Assembly (NCBI GenBank): GCA_035285865.1 | Contig: JAYKHS010000003.1 | Span: forward strand, 32,001-96,000 | Length of the DNA stretch: 64,000 nt | Source: Candidatus Sericytochromatia bacterium | GTDB lineage: Bacteria; Cyanobacteriota; Sericytochromatia; S15B-MN24; VGJW01 | Reading direction: 5' to 3' | Shown here: in pieces, positions 1 through 8,530 of the stretch | Numbering within the stretch: the stretch's first letter is position 1 | Layout of the letters: the number at the start of each line of letters is the position of its first letter | Position numbers and translations under genes: made by a program | Notes under the pieces: generated by a model | Databases searched by the model: none | Seen by the model: only the letters and a program-made list of their open reading frames with translations | What the model was told of the DNA's origin: nothing

Positions 1-3000
1 GGCGTTAGGGATCCTATCAGAGACGGTTTTGACAGCCCTGTGGAGCGGTGGGGAATTGGCAACGCTGTAGGGTATGACTCAGCTGTGCGCCAAGACCAAA
101 TACCATCAAACGGTAATTGCAAGGCTTCATCGCCACATCAATCTGCGGCCGACTCCTCGCTTTCAGGGAAGCCGGAGTTTGAAGAGTCACATAATGCCTG
201 CAGGCTTATCAATCACTGGGCAGTAAAGTCATCATCCGAGCAACGTCGCTTGCATCCTTCCACCAACCATCACCAGGGCACCTACCTTCATGGCCGTTAA
301 GGCATTCAGGTCGCAGCAATGGCGAGCAAGAACAACCGATCACATCAGAGGCCTAGACATTCACCTCGATAAAGAGTCTTTTGAACATAAAATTCTCACG
401 AACAGGCTAGATGATGTCCTAACCCTGGCAGACAGAGTGCTATGGGGACTCGAAAACAAAAATTCCGCGATCATAAACCTCAGGGAGGCAATTACCGATA
501 AAAAACCATACGATCTTTCATACACTCTTTTCCATTCCGCAGAAAAATGGATCAAGTACATTGCAAACGTCCTACATAAAGACAAAAGCCATCAAAAAGG
601 CCTATATAATCTATTCTCAGCAATGATGGCTGTAGATATCTTACCAAAAGAAATGATTAACGCATCAATCAATCCAGATAATGAAATCTGGAAATCCATG
701 AGCAAATGGGAACGAGGAATACTTATCACGAAAGAAGTGCGCAATGTTGAAGCACATGACCACAGAAGTATTTTCGTTGAATACCGCAACAGATTTCCAA
801 TTCTGAACGACTATGACCTAGAAACCGCACCTACTGCATTTTTTATAGGATCAGTTATAAAAGAATTCAACCTACTTCAGAACGCTATGTCTGGATTAGT
901 TCTTAGGGAATTTCATCACGGCAATCGATCCATTGATTCAATGTTAAGGTGCATGCAGTTGGAGAGGCACGAGCACCTGAAACACTTTCAAGGTCGCTCA
1001 AAATTACTCGAGAACCTCCATAGTATTCGGAAATCCGTCGGCCCCCTTGATGAACCCAGAATAATTTTCCTTACCGGACTTGCAGCAAGCGGTAAAAGTG
1101 CCATTATTGCCAAATGGACTGATGAACTATCGTCTTTTGCATCTTCGCACCACGAATCCGAAGATACTGAGTCAAAAGATACTCGATCAAATTGGTCACG
1201 TTCAATATCACAGCAGTTCAGGGAAGAGAGGCCCTGGCTACCTGGATGCCTGATCCATCTTGGCAAGAAGGGGCTAAATGGCGAGGACTTGCTGAGGAGC
1301 CTATTGGTTCAGGCCAGCTCCTTGACAATGGAATTCGACTCAGCGGCAATAACTCAAATTCTTGCGAATAATTGCGAAAAAGAACACCTAAGGAATGAGC
1401 TTTCATCTATGATGTTTGATATTGCAAGAGAAAGAGGGACAATAACAGTTGTAATCGACGCAGCAGACGAAATGCTAGTAAACGACCCACATGCACTATC
1501 ATACCTCCCGTCAGAGCTACCAAGCGGCACACTTCTAGCTATATCTGTTCGCCCAGGAATCGCCTCGGAGCGGCTAAGGAACAGCCTGGACCAAAATCTT
1601 CGGGAACGCATCGAAACGATAGATATAAACTATGCTTCAGCAGATGAGATTGGGGAAATTTTAGAAATAGACGACGATAACCTGCTTTCGCGCTGGGAAA
1701 GACAAACCGGAGGATGTCTATTATCCATTAAGTCAATAAAGAACGACATACTGCATTCCAAAAGCTACGACAACATCATTGGCGAAAAGCCAAAAGGCAT
1801 AATTTTGGCATTCTTGAATGAGTGGAAATCAATAGAATTGCTTCCATTTCTCGCAATACTGTGCATATCACAGGAATACGATAAAATGCTGTCGTGGGAA
1901 ATCGCCATCTCGTGGGCCAAACACTTAAGGAAGACCAATGATCTTAGCAAATACGAGCTAAGAGATGTCCTTTCTGCTGTCTCATCTCAAGTAATCATAG
2001 ACAATGAATCGGGAATATCCCTCTCGCACGCAATGATACAAGAGTACGTAATCCCAAGAAAAATAAACGACATTGATTCCAAGGATTCACATTTCACAAA
2101 AACAGACATAGAGGATCGATTCATAAGGCCTTTTATTGAATTCATAGAAAATTCCCCATCCATGCAAGCCAAGTTCTGGACTGACGGCATCCACCGCGCA
2201 TTGATCTTCAAAGCGGCAGACCTAGAAATGCCAGTGCCGGAGGCATTATTCAACACCATACCAAAGAACTATCAGGCCGAAAAATGCGCCATTAATACCG
2301 CAAGAGAACTAATCGCTAACAAATATCCATCATGCCGAACAACGCCAACAATATACCATAATAACGAAAATATTGACGAGAGCCACCAACTACGCTGCCT
2401 AATAGACGACCACTACAGCATAAATGACGCAATAAGAACAAAATACTGCGTACATTTGCTATTTCCAATAATGGAAAGAAATCCAATCGCATATAGGACG
2501 CTTAGCTTCATATTTAATAAAATAAAAGATGAGCTTAGCATAAAATACAACAATGACCTCGACATACTACAAAAAGAAATTTCAAACAGACTAGAAAACA
2601 GCAGCTGCCTTTTTCATCGCCTAGATCAAACAATATTACTACTTAACTCAAACGAATGCAACGAAAGCGAAGATTCAATCATTAAAAAGATAGAAAATCT
2701 GACACAATCAGAAGGAGTTATTGCAAAAATGATATTTTGCGAACAAATACTGAAAAAAAATCGAAGCAAGGCATTTGAAGACCTAGGCCGAGAACTAAAA
2801 AGCCAACTTCTCCAAGAAGGGTCAATTTGGGCAAAAAACATGAATGAAAACCAAATAAACAGAACAAATATGCAGTAATATCGCAAAATACCGAACAATT
2901 GCAACAATATTTGATTTCAGCCCACGCGCAGACCACATTACACCAAATACGATCTTTACCGGCTTAAGTTTTCACTGAACAGATACTCTCTAGACACCGT

Positions 3001-3050
3001 TAGAGGCTACCACCATCTACCTCCGCAGCCTGAAATCGGCCTAGCAAAAC
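1..3050. mobile_element. Right edge of an AT-rich, probably horizontally acquired island
   Basis: Sample counts: 18/60 GC in 2461-2520 versus 39/60 in 5041-5100. Abrupt switch near 3050. No integrase or transposase in the window. Confidence 0.6.
290..2878 (+). CDS. HEPN-like domain fused to NACHT/STAND P-loop NTPase (candidate defence protein)
   Basis: 862-aa AT-rich ORF. Walker A GLAASGKS (1076-1099), Walker B VVIDAADE. N-terminal HEPN-like helix FHSAEKWIK and Rx4H motif RNVEAH (740-757). Confidence 0.7.
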   Translation: MAVKAFRSQQWRARTTDHIRGLDIHLDKESFEHKILTNRLDDVLTLADRVLWGLENKNSAIINLREAITDKKPYDLSYTLFHSAEKWIKYIANVLHKDKSHQKGLYNLFSAMMAVDILPKEMINASINPDNEIWKSMSKWERGILITKEVRNVEAHDHRSIFVEYRNRFPILNDYDLETAPTAFFIGSVIKEFNLLQNAMSGLVLREFHHGNRSIDSMLRCMQLERHEHLKHFQGRSKLLENLHSIRKSVGPLDEPRIIFLTGLAASGKSAIIAKWTDELSSFASSHHESEDTESKDTRSNWSRSISQQFREERPWLPGCLIHLGKKGLNGEDLLRSLLVQASSLTMEFDSAAITQILANNCEKEHLRNELSSMMFDIARERGTITVVIDAADEMLVNDPHALSYLPSELPSGTLLAISVRPGIASERLRNSLDQNLRERIETIDINYASADEIGEILEIDDDNLLSRWERQTGGCLLSIKSIKNDILHSKSYDNIIGEKPKGIILAFLNEWKSIELLPFLAILCISQEYDKMLSWEIAISWAKHLRKTNDLSKYELRDVLSAVSSQVIIDNESGISLSHAMIQEYVIPRKINDIDSKDSHFTKTDIEDRFIRPFIEFIENSPSMQAKFWTDGIHRALIFKAADLEMPVPEALFNTIPKNYQAEKCAINTARELIANKYPSCRTTPTIYHNNENIDESHQLRCLIDDHYSINDAIRTKYCVHLLFPIMERNPIAYRTLSFIFNKIKDELSIKYNNDLDILQKEISNRLENSSCLFHRLDQTILLLNSNECNESEDSIIKKIENLTQSEGVIAKMIFCEQILKKNRSKAFEDLGRELKSQLLQEGSIWAKNMNENQINRTNMQ

Positions 3051-3087
3051 GCGCTGGCAAGCTGGGGGCAGGGCTAGGAGGGCTGCC

Positions 3088-3269
3088 GAAGGTCGAGATC
3101 GACAGGTCCGGTCGGTCTCGCGGCAACGGGGCAGGCGTGTTGCCCCCCGGGCCCGCAAGCCCTCACGAGAATGGAAGGACTGCCTTTGAAGGCGCTGGAG
3201 CTACTGGCGGAAGACCTGCTGGAAATCACCGCACCTGCCGATCTGGACGTCTTGCTGGACCGTCCCTGA
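3088..3269 (+). pseudogene. Remnant of a DUF4351 (Rpn C-terminal-like) coding sequence
   Basis: EGRDRQVRSVSRQRGRRV in one frame, then ALTRMEGLPLKALELLAEDLLEITAPADLDVLLDRP* in another (stop 3267-3269). Resembles the DUF4351 consensus L..LeaLaeaLLdf....dL..wL. Confidence 0.4.
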
Positions 3270-3355
3270 CGGATCGGTCACGGGTTCATCTCGGGAAGAC
3301 ATTCGAGCCTCTCGAGCGGACGCGGAATCTGCTTCTGCTGCCCCCGCCCCGGCCG

Positions 3356-3901
3356 TCAGCCTCCGTGCACCGCTCCCGCCGACGAAGTCATCCGCGGGAC
3401 CCAGAGGTCCTGATGCCGTGCCTCGATCGCCAGCTCCAGGCCCCAGCGGATGGACGGGAACGCCAACTCCTCCCACGGAATCTCCTCCCAAGGACACATC
3501 ACGACCTCGAGGCTCTCCTCGCCTGCAGCGTGCGTGGCCTCGCGCATGCGCGCCTCGTACAACAGATGGACCTGGCCACGCTGCGGCACGCTGTAGACCC
3601 CGAGCAGGCGGTGCACGTCGACCGAGACGCCAGCTTCCTCGTAGGCCTCCCGCGCGGCGCCGTCCTCGGCAGTCTCGCCGAGTTCCATGAAGCCGGCGGG
3701 GAAGGTCCAGAACCCGATGCGCGGGGGAATGGCCCGCCTGCAGAGCACCAGTTTGCCCCCATCATGACAGACGGCCCCGACCACGATCCGGGGATTCTCG
3801 TAGTGGATGGAACTGCACGCCGGGCAGACCGCCCGCGGACGGTTGTCGCCTGCAGGCACCTCGCGGCGCACCCGGGCACCGCAACCGGGACAATGATTCA
3901 C
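3356..3901 (-). CDS. NUDIX hydrolase with N-terminal zinc ribbon
   Basis: CPGCG...CPAC zinc ribbon; Nudix box GFMELGETAEDGAAREAYEEAG; GTG start at 3901 preferred. Confidence 0.9.
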   Translation of the reverse strand: MNHCPGCGARVRREVPAGDNRPRAVCPACSSIHYENPRIVVGAVCHDGGKLVLCRRAIPPRIGFWTFPAGFMELGETAEDGAAREAYEEAGVSVDVHRLLGVYSVPQRGQVHLLYEARMREATHAAGEESLEVVMCPWEEIPWEELAFPSIRWGLELAIEARHQDLWVPRMTSSAGAVHGG

Positions 3902-4091
3902 GAGGAGATCGTACCCGCGCGAAAGCGCCTTGCCCAGGCTTTTCCACCACCACCGGGCAAGCGTCCACAAGCCCCGACTTCCCCCAAGTAACCCACTCGA
4001 TTTCCTCCGGATTTCCCCCGCGACATCATCAGTTGTTCACCGAAAAATGCGACTTATGCACTTGACCACTTTTTCGGACTGTGCGGTCTGG

Positions 4092-4150
4092 ACAGCACAT
4101 CTAGCGGCCGATAGTGTCTTAACGAGCCCGTGTCACGCTAGATATGGGCA
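4092..4150 (+). promoter_or_regulatory. Two tandem NrdR boxes
   Basis: ACAGCACATCTAGCGG (4092-4107) and ACGCTAGATATGGGCA (4135-4150) match acaCwAtATaTwGtg, lie 43 bp apart and sit directly upstream of nrdJ. Confidence 0.7.
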
Positions 4151-4221
4151 CCATCCGTTTCCCCTTCGCTCGCCCGACGCCCCGGCCCACCCAAGGCCGC
4201 TGCGCCACTCCAAGGAGTCCC

Positions 4222-6636
4222 ATGCTCAGCAAGAATGCCCTGACCGTCCTCGAGAAGCGCTATCTGCGCAAGGACGAACAGGGAGAGATCGCGGAAACCC
4301 CGCTCGAGATGTTTGCCCGCGTCGCGGGCACCCTCGCGGAGGTCGATCGCGAATACGGCGCCGATGACCTCGAGGTCCGCAAGACGACCGAGCGCTTCAT
4401 GCGCATCCTGACCACCCTCGGCTTCCTGCCCAACAGCCCCACCCTGGCCAACGCCGGGACGCGCACCGGCCAGTTGTCCGCCTGCTTCGTGCTGCCCGTG
4501 CCCGATGATCTGGGCGGCATCTTCGAGTCCATCCGCGACGCCGCGCTGATTCACCAGACGGGTGGCGGCACGGGCTTCTCCTTCAGCCGGCTTCGGCCCA
4601 GCGGCGACATCGTCGGCTCGACCAAGGGCGTCAGCAGCGGCCCGGTCAGCTTCATGGACGTGTTCAACGCGGCCACCGAGAGCATCAAGCAAGGTGGCAT
4701 GCGCCGCGGCGCCAACATGGGCATCCTGCGCGTCGACCATCCGGACATCGAGATCTTCATCAGCCACAAGGAAGACCTCTCGAAGCTCACCAACTTCAAC
4801 ATCTCCGTCGCCGCGACCGACGCCTTCATGAAGGCCGTCGAGGAGGGCACTTCCTACGACCTCCTCAACCCCCGCACCGGCGCCGTCGTCGGGCAGCGCG
4901 ACGCCCGGACGGTCTTCCGCACCATCGTCCAGCGCGCCCACAGCACCGGCGAGCCGGGCCTCATCTTCATCGACCGCATCAACGCCGAGCACCCGACGCC
5001 TTGGCTGGGCGACATCGAGTCGACCAATCCCTGCGGCGAGCAGCCCCTGCTCCCCTACGAGAGCTGCAACCTGGGCTCGATCAACCTCGAGCGCATGCTG
5101 ACCCGTGCGGCCGACGGCGCCACCGTCATCGACTGGGACCTGCTCCGCGAGACGATCCACATCGCCACGCACATGCTGGACAACGTCATCGACGCCAACC
5201 GCTACCCCATCGACAGCATCCGCGACATGACGAAGTCGACCCGCAAGATCGGCCTCGGCGTCATGGGCTTCGCCCGCATGCTCTGCGAGCTGCAGGTGGG
5301 CTACCACACCGAAGAAGGGCGGCGCGTGGCCGAGCAGGTCATGAGCTTCATCGACTTCGAGTCGAAGGCCGCCAGCATCCAGCTCGCCCGCAAGCGCGGT
5401 CCCTTCCCTGCCTACCGCAAGGACAACCGCTACGCCCAGCTCTGGCAGAACCGCCACGCCATGGCCGAGCGTCATCCCGAAGCCGATTACGCTTCGCTGA
5501 TCCCGCTGATGCAGGAGTACGGCATCCGCAACGCCTGCACCACCACGGTGGCGCCGACGGGCACGCTGTCGATCATCGCCGACACCTCGGGTGGCGTGGA
5601 GCCGCTCTTCGCGCTGGCGTTCCGTCGCTTCCAGGCCGACACCCACATGATCGACGTGGATCAGCCGTTCCGTGTCCTGGCCGAGCGCGAAGGCTTTGCC
5701 TCCGAGGCGTTCTTCGAGGCGCTCGAGGCCAACCACGGCAGCCTCGTGGGCCTGGACGACTTCAGCGTGCCCGAATGGGTGCGCGAGGTCTACGTCACGG
5801 CGCACGACATCCGGCCCGAGGACCACGTCCTGATCCAGGCCGCCTTCCAGCACTACAACGACTCGGCCACCAGCAAGACCATCAACTTCAGTGAGCACGC
5901 CTCAGTGGAGGACGTCCAGGTGGCCTACGAGCTGGCCTACCGCACCGGGTGCAAGGGCATCACCGTCTACCGCAACAACAGCCGCGCCTTCCAGCCGCTG
6001 TCCGTGCCCAAGAAGGAAAAGGAAACGGCCCCGGCCGAGCACGCCGTGGCCGTCAGCGAACCCGTGCTGCCGCCCCAGGGTGCTGTCCGCCCCAGCGCAC
6101 GTCGGCGCTCCGAGGACCTGTACGGCTTCACCCGCTGCACCGCCACGGGTGACGGCAAGCTGTACACCACCATCAACTACGACGAGCAGGGGATCCGTGA
6201 GGTGTTCACGGTCGTGGGCCGCTCCGGCGGCACGCTCTTCAGCCTGTCCGAGGCCCTCGGGCGGATGGTGAGCCTGTCCCTGCAGCACGGCGTGCCCGTC
6301 GAGGACATCGCCAACAGCCTGATCGGCATCCGCGGGGCCAATCCGGTCGGCTTCGGCCGCAATCAGGTCTTGTCGATTCCCGACGCTCTGGGCAAGGTCC
6401 TGCGGGAAGCTCCGCGTGGTCTCGGGCCCATCCTGGCCGGGATGCCCTCGGGACTGACCGAGTCCATCGAAGTGACGGCCTCCCCCGCGCTGGTCGCGGG
6501 TGGCGAGCAGGATGCCCGCCTCCACGCCACGCTGGTGTACGGCAAGAGCCCCGACTGCCCGGACTGCGGCGGCAGCCTCGAGTTCGGTGAGGGCTGCGCC
6601 ACCTGCCGCTCCTGCGGCTACAGCAAGTGCAGCTGA
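4222..6636 (+). CDS. nrdJ: Adenosylcobalamin-dependent (class II) ribonucleotide reductase with C-terminal TSCPD-like region and zinc ribbon
   Basis: LEKRYL, PNSPTL, SACFVL, TNPCGEQPL, APTGTLS, KGITVYR and terminal CPDC...CRSCGYSKC. RBS AAGGAG before ATG 4222. Confidence 0.95.
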   Translation: MLSKNALTVLEKRYLRKDEQGEIAETPLEMFARVAGTLAEVDREYGADDLEVRKTTERFMRILTTLGFLPNSPTLANAGTRTGQLSACFVLPVPDDLGGIFESIRDAALIHQTGGGTGFSFSRLRPSGDIVGSTKGVSSGPVSFMDVFNAATESIKQGGMRRGANMGILRVDHPDIEIFISHKEDLSKLTNFNISVAATDAFMKAVEEGTSYDLLNPRTGAVVGQRDARTVFRTIVQRAHSTGEPGLIFIDRINAEHPTPWLGDIESTNPCGEQPLLPYESCNLGSINLERMLTRAADGATVIDWDLLRETIHIATHMLDNVIDANRYPIDSIRDMTKSTRKIGLGVMGFARMLCELQVGYHTEEGRRVAEQVMSFIDFESKAASIQLARKRGPFPAYRKDNRYAQLWQNRHAMAERHPEADYASLIPLMQEYGIRNACTTTVAPTGTLSIIADTSGGVEPLFALAFRRFQADTHMIDVDQPFRVLAEREGFASEAFFEALEANHGSLVGLDDFSVPEWVREVYVTAHDIRPEDHVLIQAAFQHYNDSATSKTINFSEHASVEDVQVAYELAYRTGCKGITVYRNNSRAFQPLSVPKKEKETAPAEHAVAVSEPVLPPQGAVRPSARRRSEDLYGFTRCTATGDGKLYTTINYDEQGIREVFTVVGRSGGTLFSLSEALGRMVSLSLQHGVPVEDIANSLIGIRGANPVGFGRNQVLSIPDALGKVLREAPRGLGPILAGMPSGLTESIEVTASPALVAGGEQDARLHATLVYGKSPDCPDCGGSLEFGEGCATCRSCGYSKCS

Positions 6637-6655
6637 TCCGCTGACACCGGAAAGA

Positions 6656-6685
6656 AGCCCCTGAAGCCGCTTGGCTTCAGGGGCT
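6656..6685. terminator. Hairpin between convergent nrdJ and ferredoxin genes
   Basis: AGCCCCTGAAGCC-GCTT-GGCTTCAGGGGCT perfect 13-bp stem. Confidence 0.75.
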
Positions 6686-6910
6686 CTTGCTTGTCTGGAT
6701 GGACTTGCTGGGACACTGGCGCTCGGCCTGCAGGATAGCCTCCGCCTGCGCGAGATCCGGCCCCTCGCGCACATGACTCTTGCCCTTGCGCATGCGGAAA
6801 ACCTCGGGTGCCGTCCCCACGCAGCGACCACAGCCGATGCAGGTCCGTGCGTTGACCGTGACCGAGGCAACCGCACCGGGTTCGGTCTCGCCCGGCTCCT
6901 CGGGCGTCAC
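6677..6910 (-). CDS. Single-cluster ferredoxin
   Basis: CIGCGRC...APEVF...CPSKSI; GTG start overlaps the upstream stop (GTGA). Confidence 0.8.
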   Translation of the reverse strand: MTPEEPGETEPGAVASVTVNARTCIGCGRCVGTAPEVFRMRKGKSHVREGPDLAQAEAILQAERQCPSKSIQTSKSP

Positions 6911-7341
6911 GCCTTCCACCCGCCGCCGGGACGCCCGGCGCGCAAGGCATCCTGGGCTGCCACCACGAGCGACACGTCCGCCCCTCGTGGTCCACCGGGA
7001 ACCTCGGCCTGGATCGTGATGACACAGGGCTGGGCGATCTGGAGCTCCTGCAGCTCCAGTCGGAAGGAAAGGCCCATGCCGGCCACCGAGACAGCAGCCG
7101 GTGGATGCTGATGGACCGAGACTTCCTGACCATCCACCAGAATGCGATGGATCAGACCCAGCGGGCCCCGCGGCGCCCCGGAGACGGCTGTCAGGGCCAC
7201 CAGCCCGCACGCCATCGGGAAGGCCTCGGCAAGGTAGCCCTGCACCGGATTGACAAAGGCCTGCACCTGGGTGCGCGCGTCGTTGATGACGTTCTGGAAC
7301 AGGATGGTCTGGACGACCATGCCGGATGGCGATGCCTTCAC
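6907..7341 (-). CDS. Hypothetical beta-rich protein
   Basis: 144 aa, coupled by GTGA overlaps to acyP and ferredoxin; plausible composition. Confidence 0.65.
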   Translation of the reverse strand: MKASPSGMVVQTILFQNVINDARTQVQAFVNPVQGYLAEAFPMACGLVALTAVSGAPRGPLGLIHRILVDGQEVSVHQHPPAAVSVAGMGLSFRLELQELQIAQPCVITIQAEVPGGPRGADVSLVVAAQDALRAGRPGGGWKA

Positions 7342-7616
7342 CTGCGGACCTCGAATCTGCGGAAATCACCCGTTGGCGGAAACCAGCGCGCCTCGACCGT
7401 CGACACCCCCGCCAAGGGTGTCCCCGTGCGACACCACGCCAGCAACTCCTCAAGGGCCTCGGCGGGGCCTTCTGCCAGACACTCGAAGCGCCCGTCCGGA
7501 AGCGGCCTGGCCCACCCCCTGACCCCGAGCCTCATCGCCAGATCCCGCACGGACGCTGCCATCCACGCCCGGCCGACGTCGCCGTCCACGCGAACATGCA
7601 CGCGACGGGACTCCAT
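7338..7616 (-). CDS. acyP: Acylphosphatase-family protein
   Basis: Family pattern V.V.G.V...A.RLGVRGW...LPDGR.E..AEG....LE.L.AW...G; the catalytic VQGVGFR/N residues are diverged. Confidence 0.75.
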   Translation of the reverse strand: MESRRVHVRVDGDVGRAWMAASVRDLAMRLGVRGWARPLPDGRFECLAEGPAEALEELLAWCRTGTPLAGVSTVEARWFPPTGDFRRFEVRR

Positions 7617-8524
7617 CAGGCTGGGGTGCCCTCGCCGGAGCCACCCAGCCCGAGGCGCTCGGCTGCCCAGGCGACAAGCAAGCCCGTCAACTCTTCATGG
7701 CCACGATCCGCCATCATGCTGTGCCCCGCCCCCACGACGCGCACCCACTCCTTGTCCGCACTGCCGAGCGCCTCGTAGACCTCGCGGCTGTGCGCATTGG
7801 AGATGACCTTGTCCTCGCTGGCAGCGACCACCAGCACAGGTGTTCGGACCTGACGTGCGACGGCAGGGTTGTCGATCTCCTCGAACAGGTAGGGATAGCC
7901 CATCAGACTCAGCGAGCGCTGCAGGAAACCCAGCGCCTCGGCACGGCGCCGCGCGGACGGGTCCGTGAACAAATCTCGGTAGGTGTAGGGATAGGGCACG
8001 TGCACATGCTGGCCCGACCAGTCGTACACCAGCTTGGCAGCCTGGTAGGCGGCGCGATAGGCCGCACGCATCGGAGCCGTCTGGGTCCGCGCGGGAACCG
8101 ACGGCGGCGCAAGCAGGACAGCGCCCGCGAACCGATCCGGATGGGCGGCCAGCAAGCGCAGGACCGACACCGTGCCGAGGCTGTGGCCGATCAGCATCAG
8201 GCGCCTCACATCGACTTCGCCCTGGGTCTCAAGCAGGCCGATGGCCCGGTCCAGATCATCGAGTTGCTGGTCGCCGACCACGAGGCTACGCACCCCGGCC
8301 GAGGCGCCATGTCCCCGGAAGTCGAACGACAACGCCGCAATGCCCCGCCGCGCAAGGGCATTACCCAGATCGGCATACTCTTCTTTGGCCGAAAGCAGGC
8401 CGTGCACCAGCACCACGCCGGGGAAAGGACCCTCACCCTTGGGCCGATGATAGGCCGCGGAAAGGATGGGTTCGCCCGGGATGGCGAGGGGTCGGCTGGA
8501 AAGATCCGGAAAGAGCGCTTGCAT
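7616..8524 (-). CDS. Alpha/beta-fold hydrolase
   Basis: VHG, DFRGHG, GHSLG nucleophile elbow, D (SEDKV) and H (GAGH) triad. Confidence 0.9.
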   Translation of the reverse strand: MQALFPDLSSRPLAIPGEPILSAAYHRPKGEGPFPGVVLVHGLLSAKEEYADLGNALARRGIAALSFDFRGHGASAGVRSLVVGDQQLDDLDRAIGLLETQGEVDVRRLMLIGHSLGTVSVLRLLAAHPDRFAGAVLLAPPSVPARTQTAPMRAAYRAAYQAAKLVYDWSGQHVHVPYPYTYRDLFTDPSARRRAEALGFLQRSLSLMGYPYLFEEIDNPAVARQVRTPVLVVAASEDKVISNAHSREVYEALGSADKEWVRVVGAGHSMMADRGHEELTGLLVAWAAERLGLGGSGEGTPA

Positions 8525-8530
8525 GCGTGT

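Noticed and set aside
40..300. 86-aa ORF upstream of the HEPN-STAND gene
   Set aside because: No recognisable motif or RBS; cannot be supported as coding.
1..3005. Integron cassette reading of the AT-rich gene (GTTAGGG at 4-10, GTTAGAG at 2999-3005)
   Set aside because: Neither site fits GTTRRRY fully, and I could not find a complementary R''/L'' arm forming an attC hairpin. No integrase is in the window.
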